From a virus, in the IMG/VR virus record IMGVR_UViG_3300007735_000800, positions 1 to 64,000 of that record: DNA of 64,000 nt. The stretch is one strand, 5' to 3'. Below are positions 34,770-44,674 of the stretch, in pieces. Numbering within the stretch: position 1 is the first letter of the stretch; every line of letters begins with the position of its first letter. Position numbers and translations under genes: made by a program. The notes below the pieces were generated by a model. It saw only the letters and a list, made by a program, of their open reading frames with translations. It made no database searches and was not told the DNA's origin.

Positions 34770-36068
34770 ATGACAACAATACCCCCAACCTTTAATTCTT
34801 TTGTGACCCCATCAGTATATTCGACACAAAATACAACAAATGATTTGTATGTAGGTTTTGTAGCTGGAAATACTTATGTTGTACCTACCTTTGGAAATGC
34901 GGGTGCTTGCGCTACCACGGTTGATCCCGGTGGTCTATTCGGATGGTTAATATATTCAAGAACAAGTATTGCCAACCCTGCAAAAGGTTTAACGAGTGAC
35001 CAATATCTTTTATATTCTACTCCAACAGATTTCTTGAATGACTTAAATGCACTAAAAGGTGTGACACAGTGTGTTTTGTCTTTGGCTAATTCGGGTGGGA
35101 CCTATTCCTTCTTTACAAGAAATGCGGCAACCTCTAGTAATGTAGGTTCAACAATAACACCAACAACTATAGGTGCTGACTTTTTACATGCTTTGCATGC
35201 TCTTGCATATGGTGTAAATTTGGTAATAACCGGAACAACCGGTGGTTTAGAAAATTTTGATTTAATAAATTCAAGTAATATAGAAGTTTTGATGGGACAA
35301 ACTGCAAATGCATCTCTGTCTAGTTATTTGTTAGACAATCCATATGTTGTTGGAATATTCCCTTCTAATGGTTATACTGCAGCAAATTTTGATTTATTTA
35401 TTCCCAGTGGCGTAACAAATGCAGATTTTACTGATAGAATTTTCAATATTTACGGTAATGTAAACTACAACATTTCAACATCAACATTATACGCAAATTC
35501 TACGATGAATTATACTACGACACCAGTAGCCCATGTTGTAGGTGCATTTGCAAATTCTAAAAATCAAAATCAATACTATTTAACAGTTGCCGGTGACAAT
35601 CTTTCAGTACCGTTAAATGGAAAAATCTCCAATCCAATATCATGGTACACAACTACAAAGAAAGACATATTTAAAAAGAACAGAGTAAATTTTTATACTT
35701 ATGTTTCCACTCCTTTCTTGGGTTCAGACTTAGTCGGTGCCACTGCCGGAACAAGCACTTCTTATACATCCGATGAAAGAATTGGTGTTGCAAATCTAAA
35801 GAATACAATAGAAAAATCAGTCAATGATATTTTGTTGACATATTTATTCAATGTAAATAACTCGATTACCAGGGCTTCTATAACCACTCAAGTTGAACTT
35901 TATATTGAATCTATAAATGAATATTTGGTTCCCTCCGCAACAATAATAACTTGTGATGGAACCAATAACACAGATAATTCTTCCACACTCACTGTCGATA
36001 TAACAGTAAAACCAATACAATCTGCATCTGAGCTAGTGATCAGGGTTTCGGTTTCTGACGTAGCATAA
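34770..36068 (+). CDS. gp18: tail sheath gp18 (short, divergent)
   Basis: C-terminal ERIGVANL...LFNVNNSITR...CDGTNNT...VDITVKP; canonical position; TATAAATA 34740-34747. Confidence 0.8.
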   Translation: MTTIPPTFNSFVTPSVYSTQNTTNDLYVGFVAGNTYVVPTFGNAGACATTVDPGGLFGWLIYSRTSIANPAKGLTSDQYLLYSTPTDFLNDLNALKGVTQCVLSLANSGGTYSFFTRNAATSSNVGSTITPTTIGADFLHALHALAYGVNLVITGTTGGLENFDLINSSNIEVLMGQTANASLSSYLLDNPYVVGIFPSNGYTAANFDLFIPSGVTNADFTDRIFNIYGNVNYNISTSTLYANSTMNYTTTPVAHVVGAFANSKNQNQYYLTVAGDNLSVPLNGKISNPISWYTTTKKDIFKKNRVNFYTYVSTPFLGSDLVGATAGTSTSYTSDERIGVANLKNTIEKSVNDILLTYLFNVNNSITRASITTQVELYIESINEYLVPSATIITCDGTNNTDNSSTLTVDITVKPIQSASELVIRVSVSDVA

Positions 36069-36076
36069 AATAAAAC

Positions 36077-36628
36077 ATGCCAACAGTAAGCAATTCCAAT
36101 TCAATACAAGCATTTAAACAAAATTTTAACGGTGGAACCCGTTCAAACAGATTTGAAGTAATATCATCTTCTGGATGGCCTAGTGGCGTTCAATACAATG
36201 CATTGAATAGTAAATTTAAAATTTATTCTACTTCTATGCCAAAAGCAGAAGTCGGAACAATAACTGTTGGATACCGTGGCAGACCTTTTAATCTTGCAGG
36301 AGATAGATCATATCCAACATGGCAGCTAAATGTTTATGATGATAGAGATACAAAAAATTTGTGGAAATCTTTTCAACAATGGAAAGAATTGATGGATGGG
36401 CATGTAAACCATAAAGTATATAATGCTGATTTTCCTTATAAAAATTTACAAAAAACTTGGGTTTTAAATCAATTAGATTTAAACGAAAATATACTTAGAA
36501 CAATAACTTTAAAAAATTGCTGGCCTAGCCAAGTTGGAGGCTTGCTTTTTGATTCAACATCATCAAGCCAGTCCAGTTTTTCTGTAACCATGGTATTTGA
36601 TTGGTACGAAATCACGAAAGGCATTTAA
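36077..36628 (+). CDS. gp19: tail tube protein gp19, copy 1
   Basis: FNGGTRSNRFEV; YRGRPFNLAGDRSYPTW; LKNCWPSQV. Confidence 0.88.
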   Translation: MPTVSNSNSIQAFKQNFNGGTRSNRFEVISSSGWPSGVQYNALNSKFKIYSTSMPKAEVGTITVGYRGRPFNLAGDRSYPTWQLNVYDDRDTKNLWKSFQQWKELMDGHVNHKVYNADFPYKNLQKTWVLNQLDLNENILRTITLKNCWPSQVGGLLFDSTSSSQSSFSVTMVFDWYEITKGI

Positions 36629-37201
36629 ATGGCGAAGATATCAATAGCCGATTTCAAATCAAATTTTCAAGGTGGTACCAGAGAAAATAGATTTAGAGTA
36701 AGTGGTATAATTCCAGGAAACGGAGAATTCAGTACTTTTCATATAAGAACTACTCAAATACCAACATTTTCAACAACTACTATTGAATATGGTTATTTTG
36801 GAAGAAAAGCTTTTTATCCTGGAGAAAAACAATATCAACCTTGGTCAGTAAGAATAATTGATGATACAGGACAGATACAGGATCTTTGGAAAAAATTTAA
36901 TAGATGGCAAAATAAAATTAATGATCATAAAACTAATAATTCTCAACTTTTAACCAATCAAACCAGTTACAAAGGATATGGTTGGAGAGTAGATCATTTA
37001 GATCTCAATGGCGATCTTGGTACCGGAAATATAGAAAAATCATTCTATATGCATGGATGTTGGCCAAAAGTTGTAGATTCTATACTTTTGAGTATGACAA
37101 ATCCAAATGCTTTAAATGAATTTAATGTAATATTCTTATATGATTGGATTGAATTGGGTTCCAAAGGAACAAAAATTACAAGATCAGTAGGGTCCTCTTA
37201 A
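36629..37201 (+). CDS. gp19: tail tube protein gp19, copy 2
   Basis: FQGGTRENRFRV; YFGRKAFYPGEKQYQPW; MHGCWPKVV. Confidence 0.85.
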   Translation: MAKISIADFKSNFQGGTRENRFRVSGIIPGNGEFSTFHIRTTQIPTFSTTTIEYGYFGRKAFYPGEKQYQPWSVRIIDDTGQIQDLWKKFNRWQNKINDHKTNNSQLLTNQTSYKGYGWRVDHLDLNGDLGTGNIEKSFYMHGCWPKVVDSILLSMTNPNALNEFNVIFLYDWIELGSKGTKITRSVGSS

Positions 37202-37226
37202 TTCAGTATAACTATAATAGAACACT

Positions 37227-38804
37227 ATGGAAATTGATATTTTTGGTTTTGAATTCGGAAAAAAGGTACCCACAAAGCAAGAAAAACAAGATATTGCTTT
37301 GCAGAAGTTTACTGCCCCAGAAACATTTGATGGTACTGTAACAGTAGAGGCTGGCGGCTATTATAGTTCATCTATTGATTATACTGGAACACTAAAAGAC
37401 GAAAATAGTTCTGTAATACAATACAGAAACATGTCTGTGTATCCAGAGGTCGATAATGCCATCGAAGAGATAGTAAACGCTAGCATTGTCAAAGGAGTGG
37501 ATGGTAAACCATTAAAACTTGATTTAAAAAATCTACCAGTTTCTGAACCTATTAAAATTAAAATTTACAAAGAATTTGATACTTTAGTAAAACTTTTAGA
37601 TTTTAATCATAAATCCTATGAAATTTTTAGAAGATGGTACATTGATTCTAAATTATTTTATAATTTAATAATTGATAAAGATAGACCTCAAGATGGTATT
37701 AAAGATATTCTTCCAATAGATCCTTTAAAAATAAAAAAGGTAAGAAAAGTAAAAAAAGAACAAGAACGAACAAAACATAGTTCTGTTTCTTTGATTAAAG
37801 AAATTGAAGAATATTATCTTTATACAGATTCCGATAAAGAATCATTTTTATTGACTGGTCCACAGGGCCTTCATTTGTCCCTGGATAGCGTCGTATATGT
37901 ACCATCCGGTGTGGTTGATTTAAACAGCAAACGCGTCCTGGGGTATTTACACAAGGCTGTAAGACCTTTGAACATGTTAAGGCAACTAGAAGATTCTCTT
38001 CTAGTTTACCGGGTAGCAAGAGCACCAGAACGTAGAGTATTTTACGTTGACGTAGGTCAGCTGCCAAAACAAAAAGCCGAGCAATACATGCGGGATATGA
38101 TGAGTAGATTCCGTAACAGGGTTGTTTATAATCAAAATACCGGAGAGGTAAGAGATGAAAGAAATCATCTCTCAATATTGGAAGATTATTGGATTCCAAG
38201 AAGAGAAGGATCTCAGGGAACACAAATCACAACTCTTCCCGGCGGAAACGCCATGTCACAAATAGAGGATGTTGATTACTTTAAAAAGAAGCTTTATAAT
38301 TCTTTGAATGTTCCTCTAAACAGACTTGCAGCAGATCAATCTGGGTTCAATATGGGTCGTTCGGTAGAAATTACCAGAGAAGAAGTTAAATTTTACAAAT
38401 TTGTTGATAGACTTAGACATCATTTTTCTAAACTTTTCTTAGATATGTTGAGAGTGCAGCTTCTTTTACGTGGGATAATAACAGAAGAAGATTGGAAAGT
38501 ATTAAAGCAGGAAATAGTGTTTGTTTACAATACAGACAATTATTTCTGGGATCTAAAGGAAGCAGAAATTTTGGCAGAAAGAATTAAAATGATTTCTTAT
38601 GTCGAACCCTATGTTGGTAAATATTTTTCTACAGATTACATAAAGAGAAAAATATTGCATCAAACTGAAAATGATATTGCTGAGATTGATAAACAAATGA
38701 AAGAAGACAAGATAAAAATGCAGCAAGAACAACTTGCTATGATGGCACAGCAACAAGCCATGCAGATGCAGGGAATGGCACCTCCAGAGGAGCAGCAGCA
38801 ATGA
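37227..38804 (+). CDS. gp20: portal protein gp20
   Basis: YRNMSVYPEVDNAIEEIVN; YRVARAPERRVFYVDVGQLPKQKAEQY; EDYWIPRREG. Confidence 0.97.
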   Translation: MEIDIFGFEFGKKVPTKQEKQDIALQKFTAPETFDGTVTVEAGGYYSSSIDYTGTLKDENSSVIQYRNMSVYPEVDNAIEEIVNASIVKGVDGKPLKLDLKNLPVSEPIKIKIYKEFDTLVKLLDFNHKSYEIFRRWYIDSKLFYNLIIDKDRPQDGIKDILPIDPLKIKKVRKVKKEQERTKHSSVSLIKEIEEYYLYTDSDKESFLLTGPQGLHLSLDSVVYVPSGVVDLNSKRVLGYLHKAVRPLNMLRQLEDSLLVYRVARAPERRVFYVDVGQLPKQKAEQYMRDMMSRFRNRVVYNQNTGEVRDERNHLSILEDYWIPRREGSQGTQITTLPGGNAMSQIEDVDYFKKKLYNSLNVPLNRLAADQSGFNMGRSVEITREEVKFYKFVDRLRHHFSKLFLDMLRVQLLLRGIITEEDWKVLKQEIVFVYNTDNYFWDLKEAEILAERIKMISYVEPYVGKYFSTDYIKRKILHQTENDIAEIDKQMKEDKIKMQQEQLAMMAQQQAMQMQGMAPPEEQQQ

Positions 38805-39226
38805 AAAACTTAACAAGCAATATAATCGCCAATGGCATTAGATCTTTATTGCAGGAAAATGATGATGCATTTAAGAAAAGTCTTATAAATTGTTTGTCTT
38901 TAAAACTTAATGAATCTATAAAAGAGTCAGAAAAAGAATTTGCAATTAATTTATTAAAGTCAAAAAATCAATTGCCAGAATCAACAGACTTAAAGTATTT
39001 TATAGAATTTGTTGAAAATTATGACGATGTTTTAAATAATAAATTAAAATTAAAAAATCAAACTGTCATAAATATTAATGAATCAGATTTAAATGATCTA
39101 AAAGATTTGTTTGATTGTTTAAATTCAAAAAATCGTAAAATAATGATTTCAGAAATATTAGAATCACCACAAAAATTAAAACAAAATTTAAATTTTTATA
39201 GGAAGGCCCGAGGAATACTAAAATGA
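38801..39226 (+). CDS. prohead core protein (gp67/gp68-like)
   Basis: position between gp20 and gp21; helical coiled-coil. Confidence 0.6.
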   Translation: MKNLTSNIIANGIRSLLQENDDAFKKSLINCLSLKLNESIKESEKEFAINLLKSKNQLPESTDLKYFIEFVENYDDVLNNKLKLKNQTVININESDLNDLKDLFDCLNSKNRKIMISEILESPQKLKQNLNFYRKARGILK

Positions 39227-39384
39227 AACAAAATGTAAGACAGATTCTTAAAAGTGTAATTGAAGAAAATGCTGTAAATTTTAAAAACCAAACAAATAAA
39301 ATTTTATATTCCAAGGTTGGAGATAAATTAAAACAAGAATATGTGAATGTTTCTAGAAAATTATTTAATAATAAAGGCCAATAA
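39223..39384 (+). CDS. small prohead core protein (53 aa; not in ORF track)
   Basis: MKQNVRQILKSVIEENAVNFKNQTNKILYSKVGDKLKQEYVNVSRKLFNNKGQ; SD agga; abuts gp21 ATG. Confidence 0.7.
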   Translation: MKQNVRQILKSVIEENAVNFKNQTNKILYSKVGDKLKQEYVNVSRKLFNNKGQ

Positions 39385-40029
39385 ATGAAACTTATCACAG
39401 AACTAACAGAAGACATAAAATATGTAAAGGAAAACGTGGGTAATGGCGATAAAAATTATTACATTGAGGGCATATTCATGCAATCAGATGTTAAAAATCG
39501 CAATGGCCGCATATATCCTAAAAATACTTTGGCCAAAGAAACAAGCAGATACATCAACGAATATGTCAATAAGGGTCGTGCCCTCGGTGAATTAAACCAT
39601 CCAACTGGACCAACTGTAAATCTTGATAGAGTATCACACATTGTCAAAGAACTTCAAGAAGATGGAAAAAACATCTATGGTAAGGCTAAAGTTCTTGATA
39701 CCCCAATGGGTAAGATTGTAAAAAATTTAATTGATGAAGGAGCTCAACTTGGAGTTTCAACTCGTGGTATGGGTTCTTTAAAATCAAGAAATGGATACCA
39801 AGAAGTTCAAGAAGATTTCATGTTAGCTGCAATTGATATTGTTGCAGATCCATCTGCTCCAAATGCTTTTGTAAATGGAATCATGGAAGGTAGAGAATGG
39901 ATGTTTGAGAATGGAATTTGGTCGGAAAGACAGTACCAAGGTGCTCGCAAATTAATTTCCAACTCTTCTTCAAGAAATTTAGAAAAAAATATAGTAAAAG
40001 TATTCAAAAACTACTTTAGGAATATTTAA
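39385..40029 (+). CDS. gp21: prohead protease gp21
   Basis: MKLITE; NRNGRIYP; GELNHP; LGVSTRGMGSL; DIVADPSAPNAFV. Confidence 0.97.
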   Translation: MKLITELTEDIKYVKENVGNGDKNYYIEGIFMQSDVKNRNGRIYPKNTLAKETSRYINEYVNKGRALGELNHPTGPTVNLDRVSHIVKELQEDGKNIYGKAKVLDTPMGKIVKNLIDEGAQLGVSTRGMGSLKSRNGYQEVQEDFMLAAIDIVADPSAPNAFVNGIMEGREWMFENGIWSERQYQGARKLISNSSSRNLEKNIVKVFKNYFRNI

Positions 40030-40832
40030 TGGCGATTATAGATGACCATACCACAAGATTACTTTTGGAGGCTGTTAATAAACCAACAACCAGACAAAAG
40101 AAATTGAAGAAAAAGGCTACAGGAAAAAGCACAATTTCTGGTGGTTATGGCACGGGTGCCCCAAAGAGAGATGATGTTTCTCCTTTAAAGGCAAGTCCTG
40201 AACAAATATGGTTTGGAGCACAAACTAAAACACCACCCGGAACAGATCTTCCCACGCAAGCAATGTGGGGATATCATAAAAATTGGGTAAACAGAGCTTT
40301 GGAAGGTGTTACAGCTGGTAGTCTATACAGTATGGTAGATTCTTTAGCGCAAGGAGTCGGTGCTGGTGTTGGTTCTCTATTTGGTTTAGACCCAAATAAA
40401 AGTGCATATTGGACTGGAAAATTAATAAACAACCCTTTAGTTAAAAATCCAGCATCAGCTGCTGTCATTGAATTTGGTGTAAAACAAGCAGTTAGAACAA
40501 AAATAGCTCAAGAATATTTGGGTGGAACTCCAACAGGATTTTTTCAGCCAGGGACAGCTGAAGCTGAAATGGCTGATTTTTTCGTAGATGTAATAAGTGC
40601 AAAAGATAAACCAATTGCTGGAAAAAATAGATTTGGTAGACTTGGTCAAGCAGTAGCAGCAAAATTGCCCGAAATAGCTGCCATGGGCATTGATCCATTA
40701 GATTTTGCTACCGAATTGTTTGGTGCAAATGCTGCACTAAAGGCATACTCAAATATTGCAGGTAAAAGTGCTGCAGATGCAGCTGGTGCTGGTGGGTATT
40801 TACAAAAGGGTCGTTCTAAAGGAATTTATTAA
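40029..40832 (+). CDS. hypothetical protein inserted between gp21 and gp22, putative internal protein
   Basis: coupled to gp21; LLLE motif at residue 14, basic N-region, Ala/Gly-rich remainder. Confidence 0.65.
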   Translation: MAIIDDHTTRLLLEAVNKPTTRQKKLKKKATGKSTISGGYGTGAPKRDDVSPLKASPEQIWFGAQTKTPPGTDLPTQAMWGYHKNWVNRALEGVTAGSLYSMVDSLAQGVGAGVGSLFGLDPNKSAYWTGKLINNPLVKNPASAAVIEFGVKQAVRTKIAQEYLGGTPTGFFQPGTAEAEMADFFVDVISAKDKPIAGKNRFGRLGQAVAAKLPEIAAMGIDPLDFATELFGANAALKAYSNIAGKSAADAAGAGGYLQKGRSKGIY

Positions 40833-40868
40833 AAATTATAAATAATTAAAGTTCAAGGATCTATTGAC

Positions 40869-41906
40869 ATGAATAAAAGAAACAACAAAAAAGATTTACA
40901 AGAAGTAATGAATGCTATGCAAGCTAACGGTGTAGCATTTACTCCAGATGGTCGTGGAGAAATAATCCCACAACCAATCGTAACCGCTAATAATTTAGCA
41001 AAAGCCCAGGTTCCTACTCCAGCTGCTGCTATGGCCGGAGCTTTTCCTGCTATGGGTGCTCCAGCTCCAATGCAACAATCTGCTCCGGAGCCTGAAGAAG
41101 AGGAAGAAGAAGAGGAAGAGGATGAAGACGAAGTAACAGAAGTAGAGGAAGCTGCCCGCATTCAATTCCGTTCAGCTCTAATTGAACTTCTTGGTGAAAA
41201 TGTTTCAGAATCTCTAGTTTCTCAACTTGAGGGAATTTTCGAAGCTGCTGTTCAAGAAAGAGTCAATGCTCATTTGAATGAAACTTTAGAAAATGTAGAT
41301 GGTAATGTAAAAAATTACCTAAATCAAGTAACAGAGAGCTTGGTTGAAAAAGTTGACGACTATCTAGATTATGTCGTAGAAGAATGGATGCAAGAAAATA
41401 CAGTTGCAGTTGAACAAGGCATCAAGACTCAAATTGCTGAAAATTTTATCGGCGGTCTAAAGAACTTGTTTGAAAATCATTACATCGACGTTCCAAATGA
41501 TAAGTATAATGCTTTAGATGAGCTTTATGCCCAAAATATTTCATTGCAACATACATTAAACAATGCCATCAATGAGAATCTAAATCTTCGCAAAGAAATC
41601 AATCTAACTGAGTGTGCTGGTGTCTTTGTTTCCGAAACAAGAGATCTTGCCGATACTCAAATTGCCAGATTGCAATCTTTGATGGAAAACGTTACCTTTA
41701 ATACAACTGATGAATACCGTGAAAAATTGGTAGCAATAAAGGACAACTATTTGCAATCGCAAAATTTTGTTCGTCCAGTTGTTCAACCAATTCCACAACC
41801 AACAATTATTACAGAAGAAATGACATTTTCGCCAGTCAGAAATACTGAATCATCCACAGTCGATCAGTATGCTGATGTAATTGGAAAACTCAACAGAAAA
41901 GTTTAA
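40869..41906 (+). CDS. gp22: prohead scaffold gp22
   Basis: IFEAAV; VDDYLDYVVEEWM; GIKTQIAENFIGGLKNLF. Confidence 0.95.
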   Translation: MNKRNNKKDLQEVMNAMQANGVAFTPDGRGEIIPQPIVTANNLAKAQVPTPAAAMAGAFPAMGAPAPMQQSAPEPEEEEEEEEEDEDEVTEVEEAARIQFRSALIELLGENVSESLVSQLEGIFEAAVQERVNAHLNETLENVDGNVKNYLNQVTESLVEKVDDYLDYVVEEWMQENTVAVEQGIKTQIAENFIGGLKNLFENHYIDVPNDKYNALDELYAQNISLQHTLNNAINENLNLRKEINLTECAGVFVSETRDLADTQIARLQSLMENVTFNTTDEYREKLVAIKDNYLQSQNFVRPVVQPIPQPTIITEEMTFSPVRNTESSTVDQYADVIGKLNRKV

Positions 41907-41953
41907 TTTTACAAAATTATAAATAATTTTAACTCACAGGAGATATTACTAAA

Positions 41954-43360
41954 ATGAATTTTCAAGACAATACGCCATATGATATTTTAACAGAGAAGTG
42001 GAATCCCGTGCTCGATCACGGCGCTCTTCCAACTATCGCTGATGATTACCGTAAGAAGGTCACTGCTGTCCTTCTTGAAAACCAAGAGCAATCAATTCGT
42101 GCTCAACACCTAACAGAAGACATGAGCTCCAATAACTTGGGAATGCCATCAAGCTTCACCAACAATGGTAGCGTTGCTGGATATGATCCAGTACTCATTT
42201 CGTTGGTTCGTCGCGCTATGCCAAATTTGATGGCATACGACATCTGTGGTGTTCAGCCAATGACCGCCCCAACTGGCCTCATTTTCGCAATGCGTGCCAA
42301 CTATGGTGGTTTCAGCTATGGTGCTACAGCTGGTTATGCTGAAGCAATGTTCCAAGAAGCCCAACCAAACTACGGTGGTTCTGGTTATACTATAGGATTG
42401 GATTACCGTGGATTTACAGCAGGCTACGGTCTCTGTGGTTCTTGCGGTCCAACCTCCGGTAACCCAACTACTAATGGAATTAGATCCTATACCGCAGCAC
42501 AATTCAGTGCTTTCCGTGGCATGTTGACCTCAACAGGTGAAGCTCTTGGTTCACCAACAGTTTTCAATCAAATGGCTTTCTCAATTGACCGTGTTGCCGT
42601 ACAAGCTCGTACACGCGCTCTAAGCAGCAACTACACAATTGAATTAGCACAAGATTTGAAAGCCGTTCACGGTCTTGATGCTGAAGCCGAACTCGCCAAC
42701 CTACTCAGCACTGAAATTCTTGCTGAAATCAACCGCGAGATCGTCCGCACCATCTACTACGTTGCTCGTAAGGGTTCTGTCCAATCAGATTTGACTGTTA
42801 CAGGTGAATATGATTTGAATTCAGATTCTGATGGTCGTTGGTCAGCTGAAAGATTCCGTGGTCTCACTTTCCAAATTGAGCGTGAGTGCAACGCAATCTC
42901 CAAGGAAACCCGTCGTGGTAAGGGCAACTTCATCATCTGCGATAGCGATACCGCAGCTGCCCTCGCCATGTCTGGCTTCATGAGCCTAAGCCCAGGAATC
43001 GCTCCACAACTCAATGTTGATGATACCCAAGGAACTTTTGCTGGTATCCTAAGTGGAAAGATTCGTGTTTATATCGATCCTTACACCCCACTCGGTGTAA
43101 ACTTCTTCTGCGCCGGCTATAAGGGCGAGTCACCATATGATGCAGGTTTGTTCTACTGCCCATACGTTCCTCTCCAAATGGTTCGTGCAGTTGATCCAAA
43201 TACCTTCCAGCCAAGAATTGCCTTCAAGACCCGTTATGGTGTCGTAGCCAACCCTTACGTCCTAAACGGAACTGCTCCAGATGGCGAAGCTTTAACTCAA
43301 GGTATCAATCAATACTACCGCTTGACTCAAGTCAAGAACCTACACGGTATGACACTCTGA
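41954..43360 (+). CDS. gp23: major capsid protein gp23
   Basis: KWNPVL; DPVLISLVRRAMPNLMAYDICGVQPMTAPTGLIFAMR; ELAQDLKAVHGLDAEAEL; FQPRIAFKTRYG. Confidence 0.99.
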   Translation: MNFQDNTPYDILTEKWNPVLDHGALPTIADDYRKKVTAVLLENQEQSIRAQHLTEDMSSNNLGMPSSFTNNGSVAGYDPVLISLVRRAMPNLMAYDICGVQPMTAPTGLIFAMRANYGGFSYGATAGYAEAMFQEAQPNYGGSGYTIGLDYRGFTAGYGLCGSCGPTSGNPTTNGIRSYTAAQFSAFRGMLTSTGEALGSPTVFNQMAFSIDRVAVQARTRALSSNYTIELAQDLKAVHGLDAEAELANLLSTEILAEINREIVRTIYYVARKGSVQSDLTVTGEYDLNSDSDGRWSAERFRGLTFQIERECNAISKETRRGKGNFIICDSDTAAALAMSGFMSLSPGIAPQLNVDDTQGTFAGILSGKIRVYIDPYTPLGVNFFCAGYKGESPYDAGLFYCPYVPLQMVRAVDPNTFQPRIAFKTRYGVVANPYVLNGTAPDGEALTQGINQYYRLTQVKNLHGMTL

Positions 43361-43383
43361 TAGTGTAAAATAAGTTAATAGAG

Positions 43384-43415
43384 AACCTCCCGAGAAATCG
43401 GGAGGTTTTTCTTTT
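43384..43415 (+). terminator. intrinsic terminator after gp23
   Basis: aacctcccga-gaaa-tcgggaggtt-tttctttt. Confidence 0.9.
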
Positions 43416-43430
43416 AGGATAAATATTTTT

Positions 43431-44021
43431 ATGGCAGAAAACATTTGTCAAGATAACGTAAATCCACTTTACAATAATTACTTTCAATTTGTAATTAATC
43501 GTGGAACACGGCGTCTTGAGTTTATGGTGCAGAAAGTAAACTTACCAGGAATAACCGTTCCAGATCAAAGGCAACCTACAATTTTTGGTACAACTGTTCC
43601 CGTACCAACATTAGTTGCAGATTTTGATCCTCTAAACATAGAGTTCATGGTAGATGCAGATATGGTAAATTGGTTATCCTTATATTCTTGGATAAAGAAT
43701 ATTACAAATATTCAAGATGCAACCACGGATAATTTAAATGAATATCAAAAATGGCATTGGACAGCTTCTTTAATAATACCAAGTCCAATTGTAAATAACA
43801 GTACAAACGATAGAGCAATAACAAAAACAAATCCACTTGTTGTAAATTTTACAAATATTATTCCAATCAAATTGTCTGGACTTATATTCAGATCAGACGC
43901 TCAAGATGCTCAACAATTGCAATCTTCATGTACCTTTAAGTATTCTTACTATACAATAGATAATAAACACAACCCACCGTCAAATTTGACAAACACAACA
44001 AGAACCCAACCTTACATATAA
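43431..44021 (+). CDS. gp3: tail tube terminator gp3
   Basis: NPLYNNYFQF; FMVQKVNLPGIT; FDPLNIEFMVD..M.NW; TFKYSYYTI. Confidence 0.85.
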   Translation: MAENICQDNVNPLYNNYFQFVINRGTRRLEFMVQKVNLPGITVPDQRQPTIFGTTVPVPTLVADFDPLNIEFMVDADMVNWLSLYSWIKNITNIQDATTDNLNEYQKWHWTASLIIPSPIVNNSTNDRAITKTNPLVVNFTNIIPIKLSGLIFRSDAQDAQQLQSSCTFKYSYYTIDNKHNPPSNLTNTTRTQPYI

Positions 44022-44659
44022 TCTTCTGGATTGTCTGACCAAGCTTCTGCACTATTTGGGTTGGCCTGTGGATCGTATGGTAGTTTAGAGGACTCTCTTT
44101 TGCCTTTAGAGCGCTTCTTCTTCTTCTTTTGCTCTTCGGGCTTCGGTTTTATTTCTTCGTCTCTAAAGCCATCCTGGAGCTCTTCTTCTGTTATTATTTC
44201 TATGCCCTCGTAGGTTTCAATCAAGTCATTTACAAAATTTACAAATTCATCATTATTGAAAAGATTATTTAAAAGTTCCAATCCTGGTTGTACGTCTGTC
44301 AATTCTTCGCTGCCGGCAGATACCACAGATTTTGGATCACTTTGCATGGCAACAAAGAATATTTCGTACATTTTTTCCAGTTCTATATTTGGTTGACCTA
44401 TGTATATCACAGAAGATCGAAATATTGATATTTCGGATCCTTTAATATTTGCAAGGTAATTTGTTAATTTAACATAATCAAGAAGATTCCCATTTTGATC
44501 TTTTGATGTATATGTTTCCAACTTAGCTGGTAATTTTATTGTAATTTTATCAGGGCTTGATTCATTTACTAAACCAACTAGTTCTTCACCTGAAACTAAT
44601 TTTAAAACTCTCAGTATTCCTGAGATTGGATCTTCGGGAAGTGACTCGGACATCTGCAT
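44012..44659 (-). CDS. hypothetical with N-terminal Sm-like domain
   Basis: VLKLVSGEELVG motif; acidic/basic tail. Confidence 0.6.
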   Translation of the reverse strand: MQMSESLPEDPISGILRVLKLVSGEELVGLVNESSPDKITIKLPAKLETYTSKDQNGNLLDYVKLTNYLANIKGSEISIFRSSVIYIGQPNIELEKMYEIFFVAMQSDPKSVVSAGSEELTDVQPGLELLNNLFNNDEFVNFVNDLIETYEGIEIITEEELQDGFRDEEIKPKPEEQKKKKKRSKGKRESSKLPYDPQANPNSAEAWSDNPEDYM

Positions 44660-44674
44660 GTCCTCCCTTCCTTA

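Noticed and set aside
38740-41140. Poly-Gln/Met tail of the portal and poly-Glu tract in gp22
   Set aside because: Low-complexity ends are common in these T4-like head proteins and not informative alone
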